Positions 12,749-27,305 are shown, counted from the first letter of the stretch. The stretch is 64,000 bases of DNA from Paramecium tetraurelia (GCA_000165425.1 CT867991.1:124001-188000); one strand, 5' to 3'. A program made the numbers and translations. Notes: a model not told the origin generated them from the letters alone.

Positions 12749-15491
12749 ATGATAATACAACCTAGGTACTAGCAAAAGATGGCTGACACATTCTCCAATA
12801 GCAAGGACTTTTACTCCTTTCAACAAAAATAACTTACAGTTCAAAAACCATAAGCACTTCGTTTGGAACATTGGTCTATCTCACAAAGAACTAAATTTCA
12901 ATCTATCAAATACAGAACGAATTCTGAGATCCTGACTGCTTTTATCAATAAAGGACTACTGTAGACCTAATAAAAAGAATCGTCCTAGAAACATTATGAA
13001 AATTCTTCCAGCATTTCAATCAAGTAGAGTTTAGATGAAAGAGTAACAAGAGAACATTTACTGTCATATTAGGCTCTGTAAACCATAGAGGATACGGAAA
13101 AAAGTAATTAACGATAATTAATTATTTAGGTAAGAAAATTCTTCCACCATTAAGTTTGTATGCGGATAAATTAATACTAAAGGAAAGGCAGAATTAATCT
13201 AAAGAAAAACTAGAAACCTGTAAAAATTCTATAAATGAAACGTAAGAATTAAAGACTATAACAAGTCCAAAATTGTAGAAGACAGTGGCAAGGAAAAGTA
13301 GAGGATTCATTCAAGGGGAACACAAGTCAATTTATGAGAGTGAACTAAATGCTCATAAAATGGGAAGAACTTCATCTACTCCATTAATGCAGAAATCAAA
13401 GGAAGATAAAGAAGAACAAGCTACAAGTAGATCTGGAACTCCTTAAAAAGAAACCCCGAAAATTAGTCCAATAAAGCATCCTTAAAAGAATTTAACTAAG
13501 TAGTTGAGCATATAGACACCTTAATACAAAGTGATGAAAGAGAAGAAATTTCATTCCGGTTTGCATTTATCATAACAATAATAACAATAATAACAATAAT
13601 AATAATAACTATCATAATAATAATAATAATAATAATAATCAATCTAAATTGATAAAAAATTTATTCCAAGAAAAAAAAAAATGTCAATTTCCAATAATCT
13701 AATATAGTAGCAGAATCTCTAAAAAGAGAAACTCACTCTACGTCACACATCTTATCGCTGCTTTTTAAATAAGATTAATTTTTCAAATAATTAATGCATC
13801 TCTTCTCCAAGCAAAATGGAAGTTCCTACCTATTATTATTATGTAGGTCTTGGAAACAATGGAACTTTAGTCAAAAATATATTCAGATAAAGATGGTGGT
13901 GGACAGAGGCAGAGACTTTAGATACGACAAAAGTAAATATGTCATGGACATAATTGAAATAGAATATTTGTATTGAATAATTACATCCGTATTGCATGGA
14001 CTAGGGAGCTTAGAGTTCTGAATCTTTTATCTTGAGTCATGAGGAAACTATTGGGGATACAAGTGATTCAGACATAGATGTAAAATCAAAATAGGTATGC
14101 TAAAGTGGTGGGGTGTAAAAACAGTAAAGCTCTTCTTAGCATTAATAAAAGAAGCCTCCCAATTACTTTTCGATTAAAAGAATATTAAATGCATAAGATT
14201 TACAGAAATTGTTAAATTATATGGAGGATACTAACTGCTATGATAGTTCAATAATTTTTAGTGATTGCTCTGAAAAATTGTTAAAAGATATAAAATAATA
14301 TCACACTGTTCAAAAGCTTGATGGTTAAAGTCAAAGGATGCACAATCATATGGAGGACAATTGGCATCTGGGTAATAAAAAAGCTCTCTTCTATAATATG
14401 AAACATTACTTTTAAATTGTCAAAGAGGATTATAACAAATTGCTTCCTGTAACATTTCATGTTCAAAAAGGGTTAAGCGATATTGAGTATTCGAAATTTT
14501 TGGATTATTATAACAAAAGAACTGAAGAACTTCGTGAGCTTGAAAAGAATAGGGATAAAAAAGATAAAAAGAAACCACTTCTAAATTTATGGATAATTAA
14601 ACCAGGAGAATTGACTAATAGAGGCTATGGGATTACGGTTTGTAATGATTTAAATGAAATTAATAAGATAATAAGTGAAGAAATTTAAGAAGGCAGATAA
14701 AGAACTTATATAGTTCAATAATATATTGACAATCCATTTTTGTATAATAAACGAAAATTCGATATTAGATGTTATATGCTACTGACTTCTTAAAATGGAA
14801 TATTTAAAGGTTATTGGTATTAGGAAGGGTATATTAGAACTTCATCCAAAGAATTTACTACTAAATGCTTAGATAGATTTGTACACCTAACTAATGATGC
14901 TGTCCAATCAAAAGATTAAGACTATGGTAAACATGAGCCAGGCAATAAGATTTCTTATTTAGAGTTCTAAAGATACGTTGAATGCAATTATCCTAATTCT
15001 AAATTTAATTTTTTTGTTGACATCTATCCAAAAATGAGATCTGCTGCCTTGGATATGATGAAAGCTACCTATGGTAAAATAGATCCGCATAGGAGAATTA
15101 ATAGTTTCGAAGTATTAACTTGTTAAATATATAGTTATATGGATTAGACTTTATGATTGATGAGAATTTCAAATTGTGGTTAATTGAAGCTAATACCAAT
15201 CCCTGTCTTGAGTAGTCTTGTCCTCTTCTTAGTAGAATAATACCAACTATGGTAGAAAATCTGTTTAGGATCGCTGTTGATCCAATTTTCCCTCCCCCCT
15301 TTTTTGAAGAATGGCCTTTAAATAAGAAACTATTTATTCCTGATAATGTGATTGAGAATAATAAATTTGAGCTTATTTTCGATGAATTGATAGAAAAGAA
15401 AAACATGCTTAGTTTATTTCGAGACAATAAAATTGAATAAGAGTGTTTTGATATTGAAGAAGAAGAAGAAGAGGAAGAAGAAATAGATTGA
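12749..15491 (+). CDS. Tubulin-tyrosine ligase-like (TTLL) enzyme
   Basis: WIIKPGELTNRGYGI, IVQQYIDNPFLYNKRKFDIRCY, HLTNDAVQ, GLDFMIDENFKLWLIEANTNP; acidic tail EEEEEEEEEID-TGA. Confidence 0.9.
13573..13640 (+). repeat. TAA/CAA trinucleotide tract = poly-Gln within the TTLL gene
   Basis: Run of taa/caa codons in frame within the CDS. Confidence 0.8.
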
Positions 15492-15620
15492 ATATATCTT
15501 ATAACTCAATTTTTATTAGATTTATTTATTATAATTTTCCTTTAAAACTTTTTAACATCATGATTAAATTCTACAAAATTATATGATGAAATTTATTTAT
15601 AAAAATATTAATTTTCTTAA

Positions 15621-16881
15621 ATGCAGAGAACGATTGTTTACTATGCGTTTAAAATTATAGATGGTCTCTTTGTTGGAAATAGCCGTGCACCATTAGTATA
15701 AACTATATTTTTATATATGATGAGGAAAGAGATTTTTTGTTAATAAACAAAATAAATAACATAATTAATTGTGCAGCCTCAGAACTAACATATAATGGCC
15801 TCGGGAACTGCCTCTGCTTCAATTGGAGAGACTCAGTGGAACAAGTAAATTATTTTATAGATTTAGATTATTGTTACAATTGAGAACATTGAAAAAATCT
15901 ATGAGTTTATTGAAGCAGCCATTAATAATGGGGAAGGTGTTTTATTTTTCTCGCTTAGAGGATAGAGCAGAGCTCTAACAGCCTTGACAGCTTATTTAAT
16001 GTACAAGTAACTTTATCACTGAATTTAATAGATATAGTTGGAATTTGAATAAAACAGTCCAATTCTTGAGTACAAGAAAGAAAGACTTTGAAATCACACA
16101 AGCGTTTCTAAATTAATTAAAGAGTTTCGAGAAAGACTATTTAAAAGGTAGAAAATTAAGTTCCGAATGGGATAATAATGCAGAAAATTAAGAAATTTAG
16201 ATTATATAAAATACTTATCTGAATTCGTTACGGCAACCTCCAATGATTTAAAAAACAGTTGCAAGGTTTTCAAGTCCAAATGAAACAAAGCAAAATGTAA
16301 CTTGGTCTATTAACTTAATATAATAAATTTAAACAATTGAACCAAATGAAGATAAATAAACTCCAAAAGAGTTGAAATCTATTTTAAAAGGTTCTTCTAG
16401 ACTTTTAAAAAAGGACAAATAATTAAGATCCATTTCAGTAAACGATAATTCAAAACCAAGTTTGGAGGATTTTATTTTACAAAATATGTTAATCACTAAA
16501 AAGTTACAAACACCCAAGATTAACAGTTTTAGTTTAGAGAATAAGGGTAAAAAGAAGGACTTGACGGAAGGAATAATTTCATAGCATAGAGCCAGGCCAA
16601 AAAGGCCATAGCATTTTACTCCTGAAAGATAAAGAATTATGTAGAATACTAAATAGATTATGGATACATATCTAAATTCGCAAATTAATAATATTTAATT
16701 AATGAGGGGCAGATCCATTTATACTCCTTAAAAAGAAAGAATAAGAGCAGTTTCCTAATTTAGTTAAAGTCCAAACAAAACTCCTAGTCTAACGAAGTAA
16801 TAATTTTTTATTGAAAATTAAATTGGGAATTTTATGAAATGGAGTTTAGCTAAAAAATAGCCTTAATTTAAAATAAGATGA
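15621..16881 (+). CDS. Dual-specificity phosphatase-fold protein, predicted catalytically inactive
   Basis: KIIDGLFVGN, INNIINCAA, active-site loop GVLFFSLRGQSRA with Ser at the catalytic Cys position, then LTAYLMY; TGA 16879-16881. Confidence 0.8.
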
Positions 16882-16946
16882 TTCTTGTCATCATTCTATT
16901 TATGTGTTAATGTTGAATTACAAAATTTATTAATATATAATTGTTA

Positions 16947-18971
16947 TCAATCAAAACTTGGTTTATTGGTTCTGCTACTTTTGATTTCAGTGATCAATTA
17001 TCTACTAGTTGCAGCTTGTCCTTTTTTTGAACTTTATTTAGTCGAGACTAAATTAAAATTAAATATTTACTCCCACTTTTTTTAACTCTCATATCCCTCA
17101 TTATTTAAAATATGTCAATACTAGTTTGCAATGTATTTTTTCTATTTTACAAAATATCAATACTTATCTGACATCTTTAGCTATTCGTGACTCATTTTAT
17201 GAGATTCTTCTGATTTCAAAATTTCTGATTATTTTCTTGAATTTGGATGGGGTTACATGATGAATCCAAATAATCTACAATAGCTTAAGTTAGATATTAC
17301 TATTTTGATTTCTTATTGCCTCCTTTAGGAGACATTTGTCTTACATCTTTCTGCTTTTCTCCAAGAGAAAATAAGAGACTTGCATAAGACTTTGAGTTTT
17401 CTTATTAAGCCCCTATTTTTGCATTTAAGGTTTGTTTGAATTTTTGGGTAACTTTGCCATCTGGAGATTATGTAGAATAGGACTCTTTTCTTAAAGCTTT
17501 ATTGATCATATTCGAACAGTTAGTTAAGTCCTATTTAAACGATATTAATTCCCCAACTGAAGTGCTGTTTTTAGTGCTATTTCTTAGAATAATCTCTTAC
17601 TGCATTTTATTATTATAATTCACATCTTCCTTGTAAACTTTATTCTTCTAGAGGTTTGTTAATTAAAGCTATTGTTATTCACCCACTGAACTATAATGAG
17701 CCAAAGGAGATATAATTCGATTCTTTTTATTTATAAAGACTTCTTGTCTTCTCTCTCCTTAGTAAACATAATTAAGGGATAAATTGAGAGGGTATTTTTA
17801 TGAATTTAAAAGACTGGTTCTGCTGTCTTTACTAAGGGATTGTCCTCTATTTTAGGATTATGGTTGGATTAGAGGAGAGTGACTTTGCTACAATTTATGT
17901 GTTTCTAGTAGTAAATTTGGATTGATTTGCAAATACTTTTGTGTTTCTAAGATTTCAATCTATTAATAGAATAGATGTCATAGATACATACGTTATTTTG
18001 CAATTTCAAAATTTCATATTGAAGTTTTGCATTTTCTGATGTTTTAGCGTTCAATTTTTGTAACAAATATACTAATTTATCATTCATAGACAATTTATGA
18101 GGTAATAAATCATTGGAAAAGTCAGTGATGTTATTTAGATCAGTGCTTTTTTTTTATTCTAAAATTTAAATTTTGGATTGTAATAGCATATTTTCTTAGA
18201 CTAGAGAACAATTCTTTTATTTCTGTTGAACCAATTCTTATTCTAATTTTTGATTTTAATTTTAAAGTGATTAGATCTAAGTTTACAAAGTTGTTTCAAT
18301 AGCATTTTTCTAATCATTTAATTCCTTAATTTGTTTAATCAAATCATCTTATACACTTTTGGGAATGGTTTAGTTGTTATGCTGCTTAACAAGTGTTTCT
18401 TCAAATTCACTCTGATTTCCATGATTAATGATTATAGGTTATTCAACACAAAGTTGCTTTTTCACTAAACAATTTAATTTTGAATTTGTTACAACTACTG
18501 AAACAACCACCTTTTTGAGGAAAGCTAAATTTAGTCAAGTTTTTATTTTAAGGAGCTGGAGGCTCTTACATAATGTCTTTAGGACTTGGTTGAGAATCGA
18601 TTCTTTAATAATTGGATTCAGATTAGCCAGAATTGATGCTTTGGGGATGAAACTCTACAAATTCAATATATTGTATAGGATGTGACTCTTAAATTTCATC
18701 TTATTTTTGATCACTAAATTTTGGATTGTATTGAAATTCTTGAGATTCTTGCAAATTGATAGGTTGAGAACTAAAGGATTTGGATTCCTTAGTAAAATTG
18801 AGTTCTTAGTTTTCAACATCTGGTATGTTGCTACAAAATTCTTCAAAAGTGTCTAATTCTTAGATCTGCATAGTAGATGAATAATTTTACTTATTGTTAG
18901 ACAATTTTGTCCTCTTCAGAAGATTGGATGATCAGATTAGCTGGTTTCCTTTGTTTGAATAATGGTTACAT
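16947..18971 (-). CDS. Hypothetical Ser/Gln-rich coiled-coil protein
   Basis: ATG 18971 (MQPLFKQRKPANLIIQ..), long frame under the ciliate code; ends NKPSFD-TGA. Confidence 0.65.
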
Positions 18972-19030
18972 ATTGAATTTTAAATTGTATTTTCTTAATA
19001 ATAAAAATATCGATAATTAAATAGTATGAG

Positions 19031-19800
19031 TCATAAGCAAAGTTTACAAAAGAATTCGGAATCATCCAATTCTCCCTCTTTTAAACCCACACACTCCAGA
19101 TGGTACCATTAATGACACGAATCGCACTAGTTTAGATCTATTCATTTACTTATATATATTTTCTATCGGGATTGACCGGTTATTGACACGAACAGAACTT
19201 TTGAAGTTTTTCTAAACCTTAAAATTATTTTTTTTCCATATCCCAACTTAATCGGTTAAAATAAAGAGTGGATTCAATTTCATCAAGATCCACGTATTCC
19301 TTACATGTGAAAATCTGACACGAGTGTATCACAGTCTAGGCCAAAATATAATCTTCGTGTTTAGTTTCAAACAACTCCTGTTCTGAAACCCATTCATTGC
19401 TTTTCGGATGTGATTTGATCACTTCACTTTTTCTCATATACCATTGCACACGACATAAACATATAAGTTTAAGTGTTGTTGGTTCTTTTATTGATATAAT
19501 TTATTTTATGGTCCCTACATAATCTTCATCATGAGCATCTCCACTATTAATTAGCACAGTCTCTCCCAACTTGATAACTTTCTTCTGAACCTTAATACAA
19601 TCGTATTCCTCAAATAAACCTTTGGTTTGTTTGGCCATCTTGATAAGGTGTTCCCACTTTTAGGATTTGTACAAATCTCTAATGCTACTCGAAGAATGTT
19701 TCGAGATTTGCTTTTTAGTGATTGTAGAACTCTCCCTAGACTCTTTTTAGAATTTATTCTTGTTATATATAGCTTTTTTGATCCAGTGAGAATAGTTCAT
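19031..19800 (-). CDS. BAH-PHD chromatin reader protein (EBS/SHL-like architecture)
   Basis: BAH: KLGETVLINSG..YVGTIKQI..CRVQWYMRKSE..EQELFETKHEDYI..YFNRLSWD. PHD: CSCQQPVNPDRKYIQCDSCHQWYHLECVGL..FFCKLC-L-TGA. One 23-nt intron. Confidence 0.85.
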
Positions 19801-19850
19801 ATTTATATTTAGATCAGATTTTTTATTTGAATTATAATTTAATTAAAAAT

Positions 19851-22747
19851 TCAATTGGATATACAGCTGCTTTCTGAAATATTTATGTCATCTTGATCTT
19901 TGAATTGAGGCGAACAAAACAAACTCTTCTATTCTTCTTAGACTATTTCTAAATTCTTATTATTTTGACTTAATTCCAAAGGGTGATTTCTTGCCTTCAA
20001 ATCACTGAAGTGCATCAACTCCCTGAAATTCAAAATCTAACCAGTTTCTTTCAGATCACTTTTCCCATATGAACCCACATTTTATTGATCATCCCATAAA
20101 TTAACTTTTTTCACTGACTCCATCAATTAAGATCTCTTATCTAAAGCTTTTTTGCAAGTTTCTGTATCTTACAAATATTATAGATATTATAAATTTTCAA
20201 GCTCATTCTTCTTCAAATCAGGAGTTTCTAACACCATAGTCTAATTAGATTCAATTGACTATTAAAAAAACCTAGGTTTATATTTTAATACTTTATACTG
20301 TTAAGTTTTTGATGAATTATTCGAGATTTTGTTTAATTTTGGTAGATTCTTATCACTCACCTCTTTACATTATAAGACCTCTTCATTCATCTTTTCAATG
20401 CTCTGTGGATCATCAATGTTCTCGAATAATTTTCGAAAAGTGCTTTTCTGCTTCTAAATCACATCTGAACTAATTTATTGTGTATCCTCTGTCTTAGTCA
20501 CTGTTCTTTAAATGGATTATTTCATTTATCCGCTAGCAGGGCTATGAGGAGTTGATTTGGGTGAATTTTACTCGCTCATCTAATTCTCTTAATAGTGTTA
20601 AGATTCTATCATTTATAACTATTATTTCTCTTCATGAAAACTTTTTTTAGCCTTATATTCTTATTCTACAATATTCATAAACAAATCTTTATTTTCAAAA
20701 GAAACATAAAGGTTGTTATTTTTTGGTTATTGCAATTTTGAATGATTCACTTGAATGATGTTGTCATGAATCAATTTTTAATTTGAATTGAATTATCTAT
20801 CCTATTACTGTGACTAAGTTTCTAATCCACTGCTAAAATTTGTACGAATTCTTTATTGAGTCATCGATTGTTGAAATGGCATCTCATTATCCTCAGTTTT
20901 TTTGTAAGCAGATGTCATTTAAGTGAACTTAGGTTAATTAACATTTTAATTGCTACTATTCTAAATTAACAATCGTTTTTCATCTTACAATTAAAAGCTA
21001 TTATATATAAACTAATCTATTACTTTTAAGTAATTAAAGCAATTATGGGTTTAATGTCTGGATTTATTTGTTGTTTCAATCCAATTGTAATTGAAAGCAT
21101 GGATTACGTAAATTCATTCATCTTTACTAACTCTATTTAGTGATTATCCATGATCTTTTAAAATGGCTCCATTTTTATTGTTTTTAATACTGCATTCCAG
21201 TTGTTTTCTATATCCTATCTAATGTTATTCGTTTCTTAATGATGTTATTGTAAGACAAACAATAATATTGATATTTATTTTAACGATTCTTATTATTACA
21301 TTTATAGATTAGATATGCAATAATTGCTAGCTTCATTCAATAGGTTTTAGAGTTCTAATCTAGATTCTTCACACTTTCTTATCTAATTCTCATACCATTA
21401 TGTTATCTATTCAATTTGGAGTTGCATTTATCCCAGAATATCTTATCTAAGAGTTTAGGATGCATCCAACTTTTTCAGAAACCCACTTAATTATTTCTCC
21501 TTGAATTACATCTCAGTTTAATTTGCATTCCCATTTAATTCTATTAATTTAGATTAAAATGTAGGTATCTGGGTTTCAGAAGATTTAATTTTTAGTTAGT
21601 TAATTTCTTGAACCACTTTTCCTTAGCTTGCAACTTCAATGGCACATTAAGAACAGTAATATGTAAGTTTAGAACATTCTTCTACCTTATACTTGGCTCT
21701 CTTATTTCTATGATTTGCACACGTCTTTGTGGGTAATACATTTTCCAAATTATCATTTGATCCAATTAAGGGTGAATATTAACTTAGTAATTTTCCTTAT
21801 TAGAATTTATTGCCTAAGCTTTCATCAACCTAAATGTCTATTCAATCTTATTACACTCTGCTACTCAATAGAAATTTTAGAATGAAGGTAAGTGCTGGGA
21901 GTACCAATATTCAAAATTTTCATATCATTTTCTCTATCTTAATCATAAATAATAGCTTTGATGGATTATTCTTTGTTAATAGATTTACATTTGCTATACT
22001 CAGTATTAAGAGTAGTGGTGGTTAATTTAGTAGGAGTGTGATTCGTATTCTAATCTAATTTCCTAACGAAATTGGATTTGCTATTGCTAGAGAGTGAATT
22101 GGTTGAGGAATGGCTTTGTAATTTGAGAGGGCATCTTTATTGGAATTGTTGTGCTGAGCTATACGATCCCACTTGCTAACTAACCTTTAATTTTGATTCG
22201 GTTGAATTCTTTGTCTGGGGGATTGCTAAATAGTAAATTGATATCGTCTACCTTGTTTATCGAATGCAGTTGTTACAATGCTCTCTTATAAATCATGTGG
22301 ATTAGGAGACTTAGGTATCAGTCTCTATTTATGGGATGCATCATTGGCAAAAGAGGCAGGTCTTCTTTGTTGTTGCTCATCATTTAACTATGATTGATTA
22401 TTGAAGGAATTGGGAGATTAACTTCTTTGCTTATTAAAATTATGACTCTTATCTTGGATTTGCTCTGTGATGTTATTGCTCTTATTTTACAATTGCTTAA
22501 TATTGCACTTTTGAGTATGATTTTGCTGTGAGGGTTTTTAGGATGGTTTTAGTATATAATTGTTGAATCTTTGGGATGGGGATTCTTCTTTGTGTCTTTC
22601 GTTGTTTTGCTTATTAGAACTTTTTTCATTTTATTATTCAGCCATGAGGTTTGAGGGTTTCATCTTCTCTTATTTGGTAGAAAATTATTGAGCCAAGAAC
22701 TATTGGGTTTGATGCTGTTTGAATAGTTGTTACATCTGGATTGACAT
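19851..22747 (-). CDS. Hypothetical protein with B-box-like zinc finger and coiled coil
   Basis: ATG 22747; CANHRNKRAKY..YCSQCAIEVA motif near 21620-21720; frame continues over an intron near 21000-21023 to TGA 19851-19853. Confidence 0.65.
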
Positions 22748-22969
22748 TTTCTTTGACAGAATTTCAAATTCAATTTTCTAAATTTAATAATACAAACAAA
22801 TAATCTAAATTATTTATAAACTATTATTATGTTTGGATATATTATTTGAATTCTTTAATTCATTGATTAACAATTAATTCTTAATTTTACGATAACTTAT
22901 TTGTTTGTGTTGAAACCCAGAAATGATAGATTATCATTAATATAAAATTGGATTTATAATAATATAATT

Positions 22970-23503
22970 ATGATTGATTAGGCTATCTAATTTTATTATG
23001 TCATGGAACCGCCTATTTCGTTTCTTGAAATTTTAAACTAACCTCTGATAGACAGCTCGTCCAAATTGAGTTACTTTAAAATGAAATATGCTCACCAATC
23101 AAATAAATTCAATCAGCTTAGAATTTGCACAGAACAAAATTTAATATCCGACAGCCTAATGATAAACCTCAATATTTAAAGTCCCAATTTCAAAGTCCAT
23201 CAGAAGTTCGATTACAATCAGCACGAACTAACTATTCATTCTCAAATTATAACATAACAGGCTACTCCAAAATCGTCACGATCAGCAAGTCCTCTAAGGA
23301 GAGTTTATTTAAGTTCTAGTCTAGTAGCTCGCAGACAATTTAATGATTATGTTAAATGCAACAGATCCCCTGACCCTTATGATATTAATCACTACACTCA
23401 AGATATTCATCAATAGAGGACTAAAAAGGTGAAAAAAAAAGAAACCGACACTTCTGCTCTCATCTCGAAAACAACATATCATTTATCAAAATATGGTATC
23501 TGA
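22970..23503 (+). CDS. Hypothetical protein (177 aa, intronless)
   Basis: ATG 22970 to TGA 23501-23503 is open under the ciliate code. Confidence 0.6.
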
Positions 23504-24071
23504 TTACTCATTTAAATATATTTATTAATCATTAAAATAATTAAATTGATGATTATCCTGTCGTGATTTAATATTACACTGTTGAATATGTAAACATGTA
23601 TTTAATTAAATTTATTATTAGTTATTTTTGATATCAATAAGTAAGTATCATATAAATTAGACGTATAGGTATACTACTTATTCCAGACCAAAAATATTAA
23701 TACATAGATTTATATAAAATCATTCTTTTGTTTTTTAATTAATCACAATATATAATTAAATTATTCTATTATTTATTGTATTCATTAAAATAGCTACTTC
23801 AAAAAAAATAGAACCTTTTAAATCATACTCTTTAAACTGAAATTACAAATATAAATTGATATAATAAGAAATACTAACTCATAAATAGAACTTATTTAAA
23901 TTTTTATTATATCCTTTGATTAAATTACTCTATTTTTATAGGTAAAAAAGAATAATTTGAATACTGAAATATAATCTTAAATATTAGTACGAAGTCCATA
24001 GTAATAATTTGTCTTTAATATCATCATAATTTGTATATTAAATTAATTTGGTCTAATTATTAATAACTAAT

Positions 24072-27000
24072 ATGCAAGTGATTACAAATTATGATAGTGA
24101 GCCCTTCTAATTGATAAATACGAAGAGACAAATATTTGATGGAGAGTCGGATGCTAAGATGAGACAATTTTATGAAAGAAGTCCTTCTTTAGAGGAGATA
24201 GATGACATGATAGATGATTAAGACAAAAGTGCTAACTACTGTTCACATAATAGTAATAGACCTTCATCGTATAATTTGAGTAAGGCTAACAGTAACTACA
24301 AGCCTCCGACTATAAATATTAAAAATATCATTGCAGACAAAAGAGAAACTTATATTTTCGACAATCTGAATTTCGATTAGAAGGAGCCAGGGTATTATTT
24401 GATACAAATTGCATAGATTTAGTCCAGTTTGGAAGCATGGAAGCTTGAAGATCATCAGATTGGTTGCTAGACTTTTATATTAGTTGAAAACAAAAGCAGA
24501 AACTCTGAAGCTAAAATTAATGAATCATCATATATTCAAATACATTGATGACAAAGCAAGCGATTTTAATGAATTCAAATCTGGAAAGACTATAGATGAC
24601 CATACCTTTAACAATAGAATCTGTCGAAATATCAAGAGGACTCATGCAATTTTTTCTACCATTAAGACTATTTTAGAATAATTATTTAGTAGAATAGGAG
24701 TTATTTATCCTGAGAGTACGTTCAAGATTATATGGGATTCTATCGTGGTATGTTTTATAGTAATCAATATATTCTTCATCCCTATGTCCTTGAGTTTTGA
24801 ACTGGATAAATCAAGCACTTTAGTTTGGTTGTTCTTTGAAACCATTCCAAGTTACATTTTCATAGTTGAAATACTCCTTAATTTTAATACTGCATATTAT
24901 AATCATGGGGTAATTCACACAACCAGGAAAGAAATATTTCATCATTACGTTTCTGAAAATTTCTGGTGGGATTTGATGATATCCATACCTTATATCCTAT
25001 CTTAATTGGATATCCCCTATATTCAATTTGTATTGTTATTGAGAATTACAAGAGTTAAGTCGATGGTTTAAAATGTAGAGGATATGTTAAATGCTAAGGA
25101 ATCAGTTTAGGCAGCAGTGGAGTTATCTAAACTCATCTATTTTATTATATTCGTTGCACATATGTGTAGTTGTGCTTGGCATCTATTGGGTAAAATTGAA
25201 GTTGATGTCTATGGAGATACTAATTCATGGTTGATTCATTATGGTTATTACGATGAACCTTGGCACACTCGATATATAGTAAGTATCTATTGGAGTGTGA
25301 TAACAACATTGACAGTTGGGTATGGCGATATTGTGCCTTAAACTTCCATTGAATAATTGTTTGTAGTTATTATTGCTATGATTATTTGTGGTGTGTTTGG
25401 TTATTCTATATCAACTATAGGAGAGATCCTAAAGAATTTAGAAGAAAAGAAAGGCCAATTCAAGTAACTGATGAAGGAAGTGAATTCATACATTAAGGAA
25501 AAAGAACTCAATTTATAGTTATCCTTAAAAGTCCGAAAGTATTTTGAATTCTACTATCAAACCTAACAATCTCAAAAACGCTCCTATCAAACTTTACTTA
25601 ATAATCTGAATGAATAATTAAAGTAAGAGATTATGATAGATCTTTATAAGAAGATTCTCATTCAATCCAAATTTATCAATGATACATTTAATGATAGTTT
25701 GATTAATCAGCTCTGTTAGAAGGTTCAGTAAGAAAACTTTGGTCCTGGAGATGAAATAATTGACCTAAAGAATAAAAGTGAAAAAAAGTTAATTTTTGTT
25801 CTGAATGGATAAGTGGATAGTTATTTTCATATCTAAAGAACTCAGAAGGAATAATCACATTCTATCAATCAAGGCAAGCTCTCTCGCACTTATAAGAAAG
25901 GTGACATCATAGGTGAATTTGAATTCATCACAAATAATGACTATTCTGTGTAATACAAGGCTATTAAGTTTACTCAAGTTGCCATAATTCATAGATAAGA
26001 TTTACTCGAGATCATCAACTAAGATAAAGAGCATTTGTATAAATTCTAAACACTCATTGATTCTCTAACCTACTCTTAGAAATTAGGTAGAACTTGCGAA
26101 ATTTGTAAATGGACTCACTTATATTAGAAGTAATTATAAAATGTTTTATTTTATTTAAATTTTAGTTGTCCATTTACATTCTATTAGCCAAACATTTGGA
26201 AGATAGTTAGATAAACTTCTGCTTCTGTTAATATAAAGCGCATCTCTTTTGAACGTAAGTCTCGTCAAAGATACAAAACAATTACAAATTCTCAGGTGGC
26301 AATAGCTACAATTCTCGATTTTATGATAGTTCATAATTTTATCTAAGAAGAGTAAACTAATTACATTAATTTAAGTTTATTGTGTAGTAAAACATTAAAA
26401 AGATTAGGATTCAATAGTAACCTTAGAATTAGTTAGAGAGAGATACAGGAAGTTAGTTCAGAGTCCTCTCAATCTTCAAGCAGTAGGGAATCATAAGTTT
26501 TGCGTCATGATAACAATAAAAGTGGATAAATCAAAAACAAGAGAACCTCTTTATAGTCTTAAAAAGATAAAAATGATAAATTTGAAAGACTTCGAACAAA
26601 TCTAAATATGAAGGAAAGCGTTCAAAATAATCTATTAATGCCAATCTTATAAAAGATGAATTCTATTGGCTAATTACCACTTGATGATCCCAATAATTAA
26701 AACTCTACTCCTAATGTTAAAGTGCTTCCTTAATTTTACAAGAAAAAACCATCTATTTCAACTATAAAACCTATGATAAAGATTGATCAACAAGCTAATG
26801 AAGCTGACAACATTGAAGATACATTGAAAATATTCTCATTTAAAAAAGGGCCTCAAAATTTTGATGATATGGATCTTATGATGCAAGAGGATAATGATTT
26901 TTACCCAGAGTTTAATGTCTTCAAAGTTATAGATACCTACAATAAGTGCAGAATAAGAAATTTGAGTTTTAGAAAAAAAAGATAATTCCATGAAAAACTA

Positions 27001-27072
27001 AAATCTATAAGATTGTAAAAACAATTTAATCTAAAAATCCTGACACCTCGTTCATCATAACAAATTATTTGA
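24072..27072 (+). CDS. Cyclic-nucleotide-binding-domain voltage-gated K+ channel (EAG/HCN-like)
   Basis: FKIIWDSI S1, pore YWSVITTLTVGYGDIVP, C-linker, CNBD (KGDIIGEFEFI) and a CEICKWTH....CP knuckle; TGA 27070-27072. Confidence 0.92.
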
Positions 27073-27305
27073 ATAATTTAACGATATCAATTGTTTTTGT
27101 TTATATAATATTTAAAAAATTTGAAGATTATTAATTCTATTATCACAGCTGTTCAATAAGCATTAATTTTTAAAATCAATTATTTAAGATATCTTCCCTT
27201 ATTTTTAGAAGGTAGCATATATATGATTAAAGAAATGATTATTTCTATAACCAAAATTTCTAAATTACATATGTATATTAAATCTATCTAAAATATAATA
27301 TTAAA

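Noticed and set aside
19851..20918. Separate gene starting at ATG 20918
   Set aside because: This ATG is in frame with the upstream coding sequence with no TGA between, so it is treated as part of 19851-22747.
23504..24071. Long AT-rich spacer as possible IES or ncRNA
   Set aside because: No recognisable RNA structure; TA-bounded IES ends cannot be told from background without MIC/MAC comparison.
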